Assembly: GCA_050692985.1 (NCBI GenBank)
Contig: JBOGVZ010000061.1
Coordinates: forward strand, 81,966 to 145,965
Length of the DNA: 64,000 bases
From: Actinomycetota bacterium
Lineage (GTDB): Bacteria > Actinomycetota > UBA4738 > CALAEC01
Direction of reading: 5' to 3'
Each line of letters starts with the position of its first letter. Within the stretch, counting starts at the first letter, position 1. This document shows, piece by piece, positions 1 to 10,491 of the stretch. Under the pieces are notes generated by a model that made no database searches, had not been told where the DNA came from, and saw only the letters and a list, made by a program, of their open reading frames with translations. A program made the translations under genes and the position numbers.

Positions 1-185
1 GAGGTCCTTCGTGCGGTCGAACCAGAACAGCGACAGGCCGGTCAGCACCCGGCCCTTGTCGGGGATCGGGTTCGGCAGGACCACGTCGAATGCGGAGATC
101 CGGTCGCTGGTCACCATCAGCAGCCGGTCGCCAGCCTGGTAGATGTCCCGCACCTTGCCCTGGGCGGCCATCTCGGCCAGCACGC

Positions 186-189
<4 letters not shown>
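1..189 (-). CDS. purC: Phosphoribosylaminoimidazole-succinocarboxamide synthase (SAICAR synthetase), N-terminal fragment; continues off the window
   Basis: Reverse translation gives [57 protein letters not shown], a typical PurC N-terminus. The ATG overlaps the purB stop (ATGA). Confidence 0.8.
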
Positions 190-1505
<1,316 letters not shown>

Positions 1506-1515
1506 CGGAGGTCCC

Positions 1516-1990
1516 TCACGCCCTGAACCCCTCCGCCAGCGATTCCTTGAACTCGTGCAGCCGCTTGCGGATCAGCGGGTCGCGGACCGCCAGGATCTGG
1601 GCCGCCAGGATGGCCGCGTTCACGGCCCCGTCGATCCCCACCGTGGCCACCGGCACCCCGCGCGGCATCTGCACCGTCGAGTACAGGGCGTCGGCCCCCC
1701 CGAGCTGGTCCGCCCCCACCGGGACGCCGATGACCGGCAACACCGTGCGGGCCGCCACGGCCCCGGCAAGGTGGGCCGCCTTCCCCGCCCCGCAGATGAT
1801 GGCCACCAGGCCCCGGTCCTCGGCGGTGCGGGCGTACTCGTCCACCAGGTCCGGGGTCCGGTGGGCCGACATCACGTGGATCTCGTGTGGGATCTCCAGG
1901 CGCTCCAGGATCGCCCCGCCCTGTTGGAGGACGGGCAGGTCCGAGGCCGACCCCACGAGGATCCCAACCAGCGGTCCGCTCTCAGCCACC
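1516..1990 (-). CDS. purE: N5-carboxyaminoimidazole ribonucleotide mutase
   Basis: PurE fold sequence ([15 protein letters not shown]...AHRTPD...[10 protein letters not shown]). Likely GTG start at 1990, overlapping the purD stop; the ORF track extends further upstream in a frame that overlaps purD. Confidence 0.82.
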
Positions 1991-3253
1991 CGCAGCCTCC
2001 TTCGCGATGTCCGTTCGGAAGTGCTTGCCCTCGAAGGAGACCAGCTCACAGGCCTCGTAGGCCCGCGCTCTCGCGGCGGCCAGGTCCTTCCCCAGGGCAC
2101 TCACGGCCAGCACCCTCCCACCTGCGGTCACCACTCTACCGTCCCGGCGGGCCGTCCCGGCGTGGAACAGGACCGCGTCCTCCAGGTCCGAGGCCTCCCC
2201 CAGCCCGGTGATCTCGATCCCCGTGGCGTGGTCGCCGGGGTAGCCGCCCGAGGCCAGCACCACGGTCACGCAGGCGTCCTCCGACCAGGCCAGCCGGTGC
2301 CCGGCCAGGTCCCCGTCCAGGCAGGCCACGATGGCCCGGCCGAGGTCGCTCGTCAGGCGGGGAAGGATCGCCTGCGTCTCCGGGTCCCCGAACCGGCAGT
2401 TGAACTCCAGGACCCTGGGGCCCTCCTCGGTGAGCATGAGGCCCGCGTACAGGACGCCGCGGTAGCGGATGCCCTCGGCCTCCAGCGCCCGGACGGTGGC
2501 CTCCAGGACGTCCCGGACGATGGCCGCTTCGGTGTCCGGATCCAAGAACGGCACCGGGGAGTAGGCGCCCATGCCCCCGGTGTTCGGACCGGCGTCGCCG
2601 TCGAACACCCGCTTGAAGTCCTGGGCCAGGGGCAGGGGGACCACCGTGCGCCCGTCGACCAGGGCCAGGGCGGAGATCTCCCGGCCGGACAGATGCTCCT
2701 CGATGAGCACCCGGTCGCCGGCCGGGCCGAAGGCACCCTCGACCAGCGCGGCCTGGAGCGCCTCCACCGCCTGCTCCCGGGTGGCCGCCACCGTGACGCC
2801 CTTCCCCGCGGCCAGCCCGTCCGCCTTGACCACGTACGGCGGCTGGAACGCGTCGAGGTGCATGATCGCCGCGGTCACGTCGGTGAACGTCTCCGACGCC
2901 GGGGCGGGGATGCCGTGCCTGGCCAGCAGCTCCTTGGCCCAGGCCTTGGAGCCCTCGATGCGGGCGGCGTCGCGGGTGGGCCCGAAGGCCCGGTGGCCGC
3001 GGGCCTCCAGCTCGTCCACCAGCCCGGCCACCAGCGGCGCCTCGGGACCGACGACCGTGAGGTCGACCTGCTTCCGCTCGACCAGGTCCACGATGCCGGG
3101 CACGTCGGTGGCATCGACCGGGAGGCACGTGGCCAGCTCACCGATGCCGGCGTTCCCCGGGGCGGCCACCAGCTCGTCGACCACGGAGCTCCGGGCCAGC
3201 TGCCAAGCCAGGGCATGCTCCCGCCCTCCCCCACCGACCAGGAGCACGCGCAC
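1982..3253 (-). CDS. purD: Phosphoribosylamine-glycine ligase (GAR synthetase)
   Basis: 423-aa ORF with MRVLLVGGGGREHALAW and the GPNTGGMGAYSP motif, an ATP-grasp PurD. Confidence 0.93.
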   Translation of the reverse strand: MRVLLVGGGGREHALAWQLARSSVVDELVAAPGNAGIGELATCLPVDATDVPGIVDLVERKQVDLTVVGPEAPLVAGLVDELEARGHRAFGPTRDAARIEGSKAWAKELLARHGIPAPASETFTDVTAAIMHLDAFQPPYVVKADGLAAGKGVTVAATREQAVEALQAALVEGAFGPAGDRVLIEEHLSGREISALALVDGRTVVPLPLAQDFKRVFDGDAGPNTGGMGAYSPVPFLDPDTEAAIVRDVLEATVRALEAEGIRYRGVLYAGLMLTEEGPRVLEFNCRFGDPETQAILPRLTSDLGRAIVACLDGDLAGHRLAWSEDACVTVVLASGGYPGDHATGIEITGLGEASDLEDAVLFHAGTARRDGRVVTAGGRVLAVSALGKDLAAARARAYEACELVSFEGKHFRTDIAKEAAGG

Positions 3254-3255
3254 GG

Positions 3256-4530
3256 TTAGGCGGCCTCCACGGTCTGCTCGCGGGAGGGGCCGACCGAGAT
3301 CGTCCGCACCGGCACGCCGCCGGCGTCGGCCAGGCGGTCGACGTACTTGCGGGCCGCGGCGGGGAGCTCGTCCACGCCCCGGGCCTCAGAGAGGCCCTCC
3401 GACCACCCCTCCAGCTCCTCGTACAGCGGCTCGGCCTTGTGGACGATCGTCTGGTGGGGAGGGAAGTCGTCGTATTCCCGCCCCTCGTAGCGGTACGCCA
3501 CGCACAACCTCACGCGATCCAGCCCCGACAGCACGTCCAGCTTCGTCAGGAACAGCTCGGTGAGCCCGTTCACCCGGGCGGCGTACCGGAGCAGCACCGC
3601 GTCGAACCAGCCGCACCGGCGCACCCGGCCGGTGGTGGTCCCCACCTCCTGGCCGCGCTCCTGCATCCACCGGCCCGCATCGCCCCGGTCCTCCGTGGGA
3701 AACGGGCCCGAGCCGACCCGGGTCACGTAGGCCTTGGTCACCCCGATCACCCGGTCCACCTCCTTCGGCCCCAGCCCCGCCCCGACCAGGGCGCCGCCGG
3801 CCACCGGGTTCGACGAGGTCACGAAGGGGTACGTGCCGTGGTCCAGGTCGAGCAGCGTCCCCTGCGCCCCCTCGAGCAGGATCCGCTTCCCCTCGCCCAG
3901 GGCCCGGTGGATGACCGCCGAGGTGTCGGCGATGTGGGGGGCCAGCCGCTCGCCGTAGCCCAGGTAGTCAGCCGTGATCTCGTCGGCATCGAGCGGCAGG
4001 CGGTTGTAGACCTTGGTCAGCACGGCGTTCTTCTCCCTGAGGGCCGCATCGAGCTTCTGGCGGAAGATCTTGGCGTCGGTGAGGTCCTGGGCCCGCAACC
4101 CGATGCGGGCGGCCTTGTCCGCGTAGGCGGGCCCGATCCCCCGCTTGGTGGTCCCCAGCCGCTGCTTGCCCAGGTACCGCTCGGTGACCCGGTCGAGCTC
4201 CAGGTGGTACGGCATGATCAGGTGGGCGTTCGAGGAGACCAGCAGGCGCGAGGTGTCGATCCCCCGGGCCGACAGCTCGTCCATCTCCTCCAGCAGCACC
4301 TTGGGGTCGACGACCACGCCGTCGGCGATCACCGAGGTGATGTGCGGGTACAGGATCCCCGACGGGATCAGGTGCAGCTTGAGGTTGTGCTGGCCGGCCC
4401 GGACCGTGTGCCCGGCGTTGTTCCCCCCCTGGTAGCGGACCACCATGTCCATGTGGTCCGCCAGGAGGTCGGTGGCCTTGCCCTTCCCCTCGTCACCCCA
4501 CTGGGTGCCGACCAGGATGGTCGCCGGCAT
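3256..4530 (-). CDS. purA: Adenylosuccinate synthetase
   Basis: 424 aa; N-terminal QWGDEGKGK P-loop and GGNNAGHTV motif. Confidence 0.95.
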   Translation of the reverse strand: MPATILVGTQWGDEGKGKATDLLADHMDMVVRYQGGNNAGHTVRAGQHNLKLHLIPSGILYPHITSVIADGVVVDPKVLLEEMDELSARGIDTSRLLVSSNAHLIMPYHLELDRVTERYLGKQRLGTTKRGIGPAYADKAARIGLRAQDLTDAKIFRQKLDAALREKNAVLTKVYNRLPLDADEITADYLGYGERLAPHIADTSAVIHRALGEGKRILLEGAQGTLLDLDHGTYPFVTSSNPVAGGALVGAGLGPKEVDRVIGVTKAYVTRVGSGPFPTEDRGDAGRWMQERGQEVGTTTGRVRRCGWFDAVLLRYAARVNGLTELFLTKLDVLSGLDRVRLCVAYRYEGREYDDFPPHQTIVHKAEPLYEELEGWSEGLSEARGVDELPAAARKYVDRLADAGGVPVRTISVGPSREQTVEAA

Positions 4531-4795
4531 CAGGACGACGAGCGGGACACGACCACATCAGCCACGAGCCCGAGTCTACGCGACGGCCAACATCACAGGG
4601 CGCCCCTTGGCCGGGCTCTTGAAGTCACGCGGGGGGGCGGCTTTCACGACCTCGGGGCCCTGGATCGCTCCCGAAACGTGAGGGACGGGCCGCATCCTCC
4701 GGGGATGGCGGCTCCCACACCTCTCTCTCCGCTGGGGCCCCGGGGTCGCCGCGCCGGCCTCTTCGCGGTGCCGCGCCGCCCTCGACCGCTGAAAG

Positions 4796-4811
4796 CCGGC
4801 CCCCCGGCCGG
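4796..4811 (-). terminator. GC-rich hairpin (CCGGCC-CCCC-GGCCGG) just downstream of the dodecin stop on the minus strand; the T-tract is weak
   Basis: Perfect 6-bp inverted repeat read directly in the sequence, 2-17 nt beyond the stop at 4813. Confidence 0.35.
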
Positions 4812-4812
4812 G

Positions 4813-5022
4813 TCAGCGTTCGATGCGGAACTTGATCCGGACGTGGGTGTGGTACTCCTTGATCTCGTCGCCCTCGACCACCGCCGAGGTCTCCAGCACG
4901 TCCATGCCCTCGATCCCCCGGAGCGTCTTCGACGCGTCGGTCAGGGCCTGCTGGGCGGCGTCCCGCCAGGACTCGTTCGACACGCCCACCAGGTCGATCG
5001 TCTTGATGACGGCCATCCCCAC
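4813..5022 (-). CDS. Dodecin-family flavin-binding protein (small, about 68 aa)
   Basis: Size and sequence (MAVIKTIDLVGVS...YHTHVRIKFRIE) resemble dodecin. Confidence 0.5.
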   Translation of the reverse strand: MGMAVIKTIDLVGVSNESWRDAAQQALTDASKTLRGIEGMDVLETSAVVEGDEIKEYHTHVRIKFRIER

Positions 5023-5088
5023 CCTCCTCTCAACCGGTCGCGAGCTCGGTCGCCATTGTAGGAACCGCGCATCGGGCGGGCCAATCGG

Positions 5089-6027
5089 TCAGGCGCCCCG
5101 GTAGACGTCGATCATCCGCCGGTACGTCTCGGAGATCCGCGAGGCAGCGTCCTGGCGCTCGGTGCTCCCGTCCAGGTACGCCTTCAGGGGGTCCCACCAG
5201 ATCGTGCGGCCGATGGCGAACCCCCGGTACCCGGGCACCCCCGCCCCCTGCCGCAGCCAGTGCTCCACGGCGGCGTCGTCGGCACCGCGGCCGAGCACCA
5301 CGCAGGCCACGCCGGCCCGGTCCTCCGAGCGAACCAGCTCGGAGATGCGCTGGCAGTCCTCCCGCCGATCCAGGCCCTCGATCTTCCACACGTCCGGCTC
5401 CACGTCCCCGGCGTGCATGTCGCGGATCGTCTGGAGCATCAGGTCTGGGCGGAGCTCCCGGTCGTAGCGATCCTCGTCCCCACCCACCGACTCCAGCTGC
5501 TCGGGCGTGGCCGGCACCAGCAGCTCGAACAGGAACCTGCGGTCATGGTCGTGCAGCCAGCCGCTCAGCGTGCGCAGGCGGGCGGTCTGGCGGGCGTTCA
5601 TCTCCCGGTCCGCCTCGGGGTTGTAGCGGACCAGGACCTTGGCGAACGTGGGGTCGAAGTCCTCGATGTGGGCCCCGAACTCCTCCCCGTACTCGAAGTC
5701 GAACTCGTCCTGGCCGCTCTTCTCCACGGGCATGGCCAGCACCAGGTCCTCCTTCTTGGCCTCCCTGGCCAGGTCGGCCCCGAACTGCTCGTCCACCAGC
5801 ATGCCAGCGGCGTCCCTGGGGGCTCCCTCCTCGAGCGCCCTGCGGAACCCCTCGTAGATCACCCGCTTGGCGTCCGAGATCCTCTCGGCGTCTTCGGGGC
5901 TCGGGTCGCCCTGGATGCCCAGCATCTTCTTCTGGAAGGAGCCCCGGTGGTCGAAGGCCAGGATGTACAGGTCACGGTCGTACCCCAGCGTCATTCGCTC
6001 TGACCTCCTCGTCGGTGACCGGATCAT
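5089..6027 (-). CDS. DUF2090 (Cgl0159-family) TIM-barrel protein, putative sugar-phosphate aldolase-like
   Basis: 312-aa ORF with a conserved-looking N-terminal block LGYDRDLYILAFDHRGSF; the true start may be the internal Met near 5994. Family assignment is from memory. Confidence 0.45.
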   Translation of the reverse strand: MIRSPTRRSERMTLGYDRDLYILAFDHRGSFQKKMLGIQGDPSPEDAERISDAKRVIYEGFRRALEEGAPRDAAGMLVDEQFGADLAREAKKEDLVLAMPVEKSGQDEFDFEYGEEFGAHIEDFDPTFAKVLVRYNPEADREMNARQTARLRTLSGWLHDHDRRFLFELLVPATPEQLESVGGDEDRYDRELRPDLMLQTIRDMHAGDVEPDVWKIEGLDRREDCQRISELVRSEDRAGVACVVLGRGADDAAVEHWLRQGAGVPGYRGFAIGRTIWWDPLKAYLDGSTERQDAASRISETYRRMIDVYRGA

Positions 6028-6048
6028 TCTGGCAGAACGGGTCTTCGG

Positions 6049-6378
6049 TCACCGGTGGGGCGGCTGCCCCCCGCCCAGGTGCCGACGGAGGTCCTCCAGG
6101 CGCTCGTCCCATTCCGCCCCCACGGAGGCCATCCACGACACCGCCCGCTCGAGCGGCGCGGGGGTGAGCCGGTACCGGCGCTCCCGGCCCCGGGCCTCCG
6201 ACTCGACCAGCCCCGCGTCAGCCAGGGCAGCCAGGTGCTTGGCCACCGCCTGCCTGGTCACCGGCATGCTGGCGGCCACCTCCGTGGCCGAGCTGGGGCC
6301 ACGCTCGGACAGGAACCGGATCACCGCCCGCCTGGTGGGATCCGACAGCGCGGAGAAGACATCGCCCGCGGTCATCGC
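6049..6378 (-). CDS. ArsR-family transcriptional regulator
   Basis: [35 protein letters not shown]...[11 protein letters not shown] is an HTH_20/ArsR motif. Start chosen at an internal Met; the ORF track extends upstream into the neighbouring gene. Confidence 0.8.
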   Translation of the reverse strand, partial: AMTAGDVFSALSDPTRRAVIRFLSERGPSSATEVAASMPVTRQAVAKHLAALADAGLVESEARGRERRYRLTPAPLERAVSWMASVGAEWDERLEDLRRHLGGGQPPHR

Positions 6379-6764
6379 CCGGCCCTCGAGAGCTCTTCGC
6401 CGGCCGTCCGGTCCTCGGGGCCGGACCCCGAGCCCCACTCGGTCACCCGCAGGCGCGTCCCGGTGTCCGTGGGCTCCAGCTCGAAGGCCACCCGTCCGGT
6501 GCCCGTGGCCCGGTGCCCGCCGCCGGGCAGGCGCTCGAACGGAAGCCATCGGAACGACAGCCGCCTGGGGCGGTCAGCCTCCTCGATCACCCCCCCACGC
6601 TGCCGGCCGTCCTCCCACCGGAACTCGACCGGCGTCCCCACACGAGGCTCGAGCCGGGCCCGGGCCCCGAACCACGCCGACAGCCGCTCCGGTCCGATGA
6701 GCGCTTCCCACACCTCATCCGGGGATGCCGGCAGGTCCACCTGTCGATCGATGCGATCCATCAC
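6372..6764 (-). CDS. SRPBCC-family protein (AHSA1 / polyketide-cyclase-like fold)
   Basis: 130 aa ([18 protein letters not shown]...) with a 4-nt ATGA overlap onto the ArsR gene, a common ArsR-SRPBCC pairing. Confidence 0.65.
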   Translation of the reverse strand: MMDRIDRQVDLPASPDEVWEALIGPERLSAWFGARARLEPRVGTPVEFRWEDGRQRGGVIEEADRPRRLSFRWLPFERLPGGGHRATGTGRVAFELEPTDTGTRLRVTEWGSGSGPEDRTAGEELSRAGR

Positions 6765-6782
6765 CGCCGACCGCGTTCGCCC

Positions 6783-6821
6783 GGTTGCGTTTCCCCCACG
6801 GTGGCGCTATCCTACGCAACC
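6783..6821. promoter_or_regulatory. Nested inverted repeats upstream of clpP: GGTTGCGT...ACGCAACC and CAACCgtagGGTTG
   Basis: Palindromes read directly, 35-70 nt upstream of the clpP ATG; candidate operator such as a ClgR-type site. Confidence 0.35.
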
Positions 6822-6854
6822 GTAGGGTTGCACACAAGCGCCAGAGAGGACACC

Positions 6855-7499
6855 ATGGCCGAGCTCGTTCCCACCGTCGTGGAGCAGACGAGCCGAGGCG
6901 AGCGGTCGTTCGACATCTACTCCCGGCTGCTGAACGAACGGATCGTCATCCTCGGCACCCCCGTCGACGACGCCGTGGCCAACCTGGTCAGCGCCCAGCT
7001 CCTCCATCTCGAATCCGAGGAGCCGGAGAAGGACATCAGCCTGTACATCAACTCGCCGGGCGGCTCGGGGACGGCGCTCCTGGCGATCTACGACACCATG
7101 GAGTACGTCCGGGCGGACGTGTCCACGATCTGCGTGGGGCAGGCCGCCTCGGCCGCCGCGGTCCTGCTGGCGGCCGGCGCGGCGGGCAAGCGGTTCGCCC
7201 TCCCCCACGCCCGGATCCTCATCCACCAGCCCCACGGCGAGCTGGGGGGGCAGGCCGCGGACATCGACATCCACGCCCGGGAGATCCTCCGCCAGCGGGC
7301 GCTCGTCGACGAGGTCCTGGCCCGGCACACGGGACAGACCCTGGAGAAGATCTCCCGCGACACCGACCGGGACTTCATCCTCACGGCCGAGCAGGCCAGG
7401 GAGTACGGGATGGTGGACGAGGTGATCAGCCGCCGCGCCCTGCAGGGAGACGATCGGCCCCCAGACGCGCCCGCCGGCAACGGCGGTGGCCGGGCCTGA
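6855..7499 (+). CDS. clpP: ATP-dependent Clp protease proteolytic subunit
   Basis: [31 protein letters not shown]...[11 protein letters not shown] (catalytic Ser)...IHQP (catalytic His). ATG at 6855 inside a longer ORF. Confidence 0.95.
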   Translation: MAELVPTVVEQTSRGERSFDIYSRLLNERIVILGTPVDDAVANLVSAQLLHLESEEPEKDISLYINSPGGSGTALLAIYDTMEYVRADVSTICVGQAASAAAVLLAAGAAGKRFALPHARILIHQPHGELGGQAADIDIHAREILRQRALVDEVLARHTGQTLEKISRDTDRDFILTAEQAREYGMVDEVISRRALQGDDRPPDAPAGNGGGRA

Positions 7500-7500
7500 T

Positions 7501-8715
7501 CACGCCCGGGACAGCGCCTCCGCGACCTGAGCCTCCCAGCCCTCGTTGTGGATGGCCCGGCCCAGGAAGGCCTCCCGCGCGGAGCGCAGGTAGTCGAGCT
7601 TCCGCAGGGCCAACCCGGTACCGGGCGTGGGGGCCGGAGGCGATCTGCTCCTCCGGCAGGTAGATCGGCTCCCGGCGGAAGTTGAGCAGCAGCAGGGCCC
7701 GGTTGAGCCGGGCGATGCCCCGGACCACCTCCTTGGCCAGCGCCCGGCCGTCGAGCGCGGCGAACCGCGCCGGTTCCATCAGCCGGAACAGGTACGTGGC
7801 GTGGCCGGACGCGGAGGCCACCTCCTGGGCCACCGCGTTCGCGGGGCGGCCCTCGCGGCTGAGCGGGCAGAAGTACCACAGGTCGGCGGCCTCGTCGCCC
7901 GATCCCTCCGACCGCACGGCCTTCACCCCGAAGGCCGTCCAGCCGGGCGGGGCCATGGCCTTCAGGCGCTGGTAGGAGGCCCGGAGGTCCTCGGTCCGGG
8001 CCGCGGCCTCCTCCAGCCGGGGCCACGCCGAGGGATCGATCTCGGCGATGACCCGCTCCTGGGCGGCCCGCCCGTCGCGCATCCGCTCGGCCAGCCGGGA
8101 CAGCGGCTCGGGGCCGGTGTCCGGCAGCAGCCCCGCCAGCGTGGCCGCAGTGCGGCCGGACAGCTCCTCCAACAGGCGCCGCAGCTCGTCCCGGAACTCC
8201 TCCGACCGCTTGGCCAGGTGGCCGAAGACCAGGCGGCGCCCGTCGTCGGTGACCACGTGGGTCTGGTACAGCTCGGGATCCCACTCCACGGCGTCCACGA
8301 AGGAGAAGGGCACCCCGAACATCGTTCCTCGCTCGGGCACGACGACCAGGAGGTCCTCGTAGAGCCGCAGCTCCACGGGGTGAGGTCCGTCCGCGTCGAA
8401 CAGCTTGCCCGGATAGGTGTCCCGGAGGTTGACCCCGCGCAGCAGCAGGTCGCGCTCCAGCGCCGCATCCCGGCGTTTGCGGAGGTCGGCCTGGACCTGC
8501 CCGTACGCGCTCCCCAGCATGGACAGCTCGTACCGGGCCCCGGTGTGGTCGGTCAGCCGCAGGGTGTAGTCGTCGTCGTGGACGTCTTCGATGTCCACCA
8601 GCGCGATGTGCAGGGGCGCCCCGCCCTCGGGGACGATGGCCAGCTCGGCCTCGGTGACCTCCACCTCGCCCGGGACCGGCGATCCGTCGCCGACCCGGAC
8701 CTGCCCGCGACTCAC
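7501..8715 (-). CDS. Conserved hypothetical protein (about 400 aa) with an apparent +1/-1 frameshift near 7617-7635
   Basis: Long ORF 7426..8784 in one frame. The convincing C-terminus (LALRKLDYLRSAREAFLGRAIHNEGWEAQVAEALSRA, stop at 7501) lies in another frame, and the switch falls at a GGGGG run. GTG start at 8715 abuts the stop of the upstream zinc-ribbon gene. Confidence 0.5.
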
Positions 8716-8716
8716 C

Positions 8717-9352
8717 CTAGAGCTGGGTGCCGCACTCGGGGCAGAACTTGGTGCCCCTGGGCGACTCGGTCCCACACTTGGCACAGGTCACCGGCATGGA
8801 GAGGGCTTGGCCGCAGCTCGGACAGAACTTGCCCGAATGCTGAGCTTCCGCCCCGCAGTTCGGGCACAGGGCCACCTGCCGGCGCTCCACGTTGACGTCC
8901 TTGGTCCAGTCGACCTCCTGGACCTTCTGCTGGACCTGCTGGATCTGTGCTTGCGACTGCATCCCCGCCAGCTCCTGCTCGAGCTTGGGGGCGTCGTTCA
9001 CGCACAGCCCGAACTCCTCGTTCCAGCAGATCTCGTTGCACACCCACTGGCCGCACTTGTGGCACTGGTGGAAGTACGGCTTCATCTCTTCGACGGCCTT
9101 GGCCAGGGCCCTGTCCTTGGCCTGGGACTCCGTCAGGTCCTTGGCCTCCTGGCCCGCGTAGCCCACGTTGCCCAGGGCGCCGCCCAGGATCCCCCCCAGA
9201 CCCCGGGCCACCTTGGTGCCGATGCCCAGCGCCGAGGCCTGGAACCCGGACTTGTAGCCGTTGCCGCACCGCTCGCAGAAGAACTCGAACTGGTAGCCCG
9301 CCTCCGAGGAACGGTCCGTGTAGTTGTCGGTGAATGGAACGATGCCGCCCAT
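8717..9352 (-). CDS. Zinc-ribbon domain protein (cysteine-rich N-domain plus C-terminal double CxxC-x-CxxC ribbons)
   Basis: 211 aa with FFCERCGNGY...HQCHKCGQWVCNEICWNEEFGLC...CPNCG...CPSCG...CAKCG...CPECG. Confidence 0.6.
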   Translation of the reverse strand: MGGIVPFTDNYTDRSSEAGYQFEFFCERCGNGYKSGFQASALGIGTKVARGLGGILGGALGNVGYAGQEAKDLTESQAKDRALAKAVEEMKPYFHQCHKCGQWVCNEICWNEEFGLCVNDAPKLEQELAGMQSQAQIQQVQQKVQEVDWTKDVNVERRQVALCPNCGAEAQHSGKFCPSCGQALSMPVTCAKCGTESPRGTKFCPECGTQL

Positions 9353-9436
9353 GTCCTTCCCCCCGTGTCGACGAATCGGAGTCTCCCTTTATACACGCAC
9401 AACGGTCGCTCGGGAAGACCCCCGCAAAGGGCTCGG

Positions 9437-9745
9437 TCACTCCTCGGAGGGGAGCTCCTGGCCCCTGGATGCCAGATAGGCCTCCCGGGCCCGCTCGGCC
9501 CGCTGCCGCTCGCCCTGCGAGAGCATCCGCAGGAGCCCGGCCGCCACCAGCCCCATCACCACGGTGGCCACGCCGGCCACCGCGCCGGTGCGGATGGCCA
9601 GCGTGCGGGTGAGCTCCAGGCACTCACGCCCGGCCTCGCCCACCCCGCACAGCGACCGGCCGGTCAGCGAGGAGGCGAACGCGACCACGAGCCCGACCAC
9701 CAGGCCCATGGCCACCAGCAACCAGATGCCCTTCCCGCGTGCCAC
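9437..9745 (-). CDS. Small membrane protein (2 TM), hypothetical
   Basis: Hydrophobic segment VARGKGIWLLVAMGLVVGLVVAF...VAGVATVVMGLVAAGLL inside a longer GC-rich ORF. The start is uncertain. Confidence 0.3.
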   Translation of the reverse strand: MARGKGIWLLVAMGLVVGLVVAFASSLTGRSLCGVGEAGRECLELTRTLAIRTGAVAGVATVVMGLVAAGLLRMLSQGERQRAERAREAYLASRGQELPSEE

Positions 9746-10395
9746 TACGTGAGCTCGAAGGGGAGCTTGGGCTCGAGGATCTCGACCCTGACGGGCGAGG
9801 CTTCCTGCTTGAACGTGTCGGCTGCTCCCGGCGGGTCGCACCCTTCCACGAAGCCGTAGTGCATGGGGATGGCGATGTCCGGGGCGAGGCTCTTGGCCAG
9901 CCCGGCCGCCTCGCTCGCATCCATGGTGAACGTCCCCCCGATGGGCAGGAACGCCACGTGGGTGTCCAGGCCCTCCAACTCCGGAAGATGATCGGTGTCT
10001 CCGGCGTGGTAGATCGTCACGTCACCGAGGCTGAGGACGTACCCCACCCACCCGTTCGCCTGGGGGTGCTTGTCCTCCCTGCCCTCGACGATGTTGTATG
10101 CGGGCACCGCCTGCCCCTTGATCCCCCGGACGTCGACCGTGTCGCCGGGGGACACCGCAGTGACGTCGCCCGACAGCTCGGCGGCGACGTCCCGGGGCGC
10201 CACGACTTGGGTGTCGTCCTTCCGGAGGCGGTCGAGGTCGTCGGGCGAGTAGTGGTCGAAGTGCGCGTGGGTGATGAAGATGACGTCGCCGGGCTCGTAG
10301 TCCTCCGGGACGTTCTTGGGATCGATGTACACGGTCAGGTCGTCCGCGGTCCATCGGTACCCGGACTGCCAGAACCACGTGAAGCGCTCGAGCAT
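9745..10395 (-). CDS. MBL-fold metallo-hydrolase
   Basis: HAHFDH metal-binding motif plus downstream H/D ligands; 216 aa. Confidence 0.82.
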   Translation of the reverse strand: MLERFTWFWQSGYRWTADDLTVYIDPKNVPEDYEPGDVIFITHAHFDHYSPDDLDRLRKDDTQVVAPRDVAAELSGDVTAVSPGDTVDVRGIKGQAVPAYNIVEGREDKHPQANGWVGYVLSLGDVTIYHAGDTDHLPELEGLDTHVAFLPIGGTFTMDASEAAGLAKSLAPDIAIPMHYGFVEGCDPPGAADTFKQEASPVRVEILEPKLPFELT

Positions 10396-10491
10396 CGTCC
10401 CACCTCCTCCATCACTACCCTACCCCGCAGGCGAGGGGCCGGAACCGGGCCGCTCCGGCCGGAGCCACCACGCCTGGTAGCCTCCACCACC

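Noticed and set aside
1547-3259. Very long plus-strand ORF (570 aa) antisense to purD, and many similar long ORFs in alternative frames (for example 45611..48415 minus, 57598..60288 minus, 43128..46700 plus, 34641..37478 plus)
   Set aside because: These are compositional artefacts of about 70% GC (few AT-rich stops). The translations are Arg/Gly/Pro-rich low-complexity with no recognisable domains, and they overlap well-supported genes on the other strand or frame.
4531-4812. ZTP (pfl) riboswitch upstream of purA
   Set aside because: Only a short GGTCGTGA-like fragment matches. I could not find the conserved 3' CCGGGCA/pseudoknot half, so it is not listed as a feature (kept only as a low-interest check).
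6783-6821. Canonical ClgR operator (CGC-N5-GCG type) upstream of clpP
   Set aside because: No clean match to the consensus was found; only generic palindromes, reported as such.
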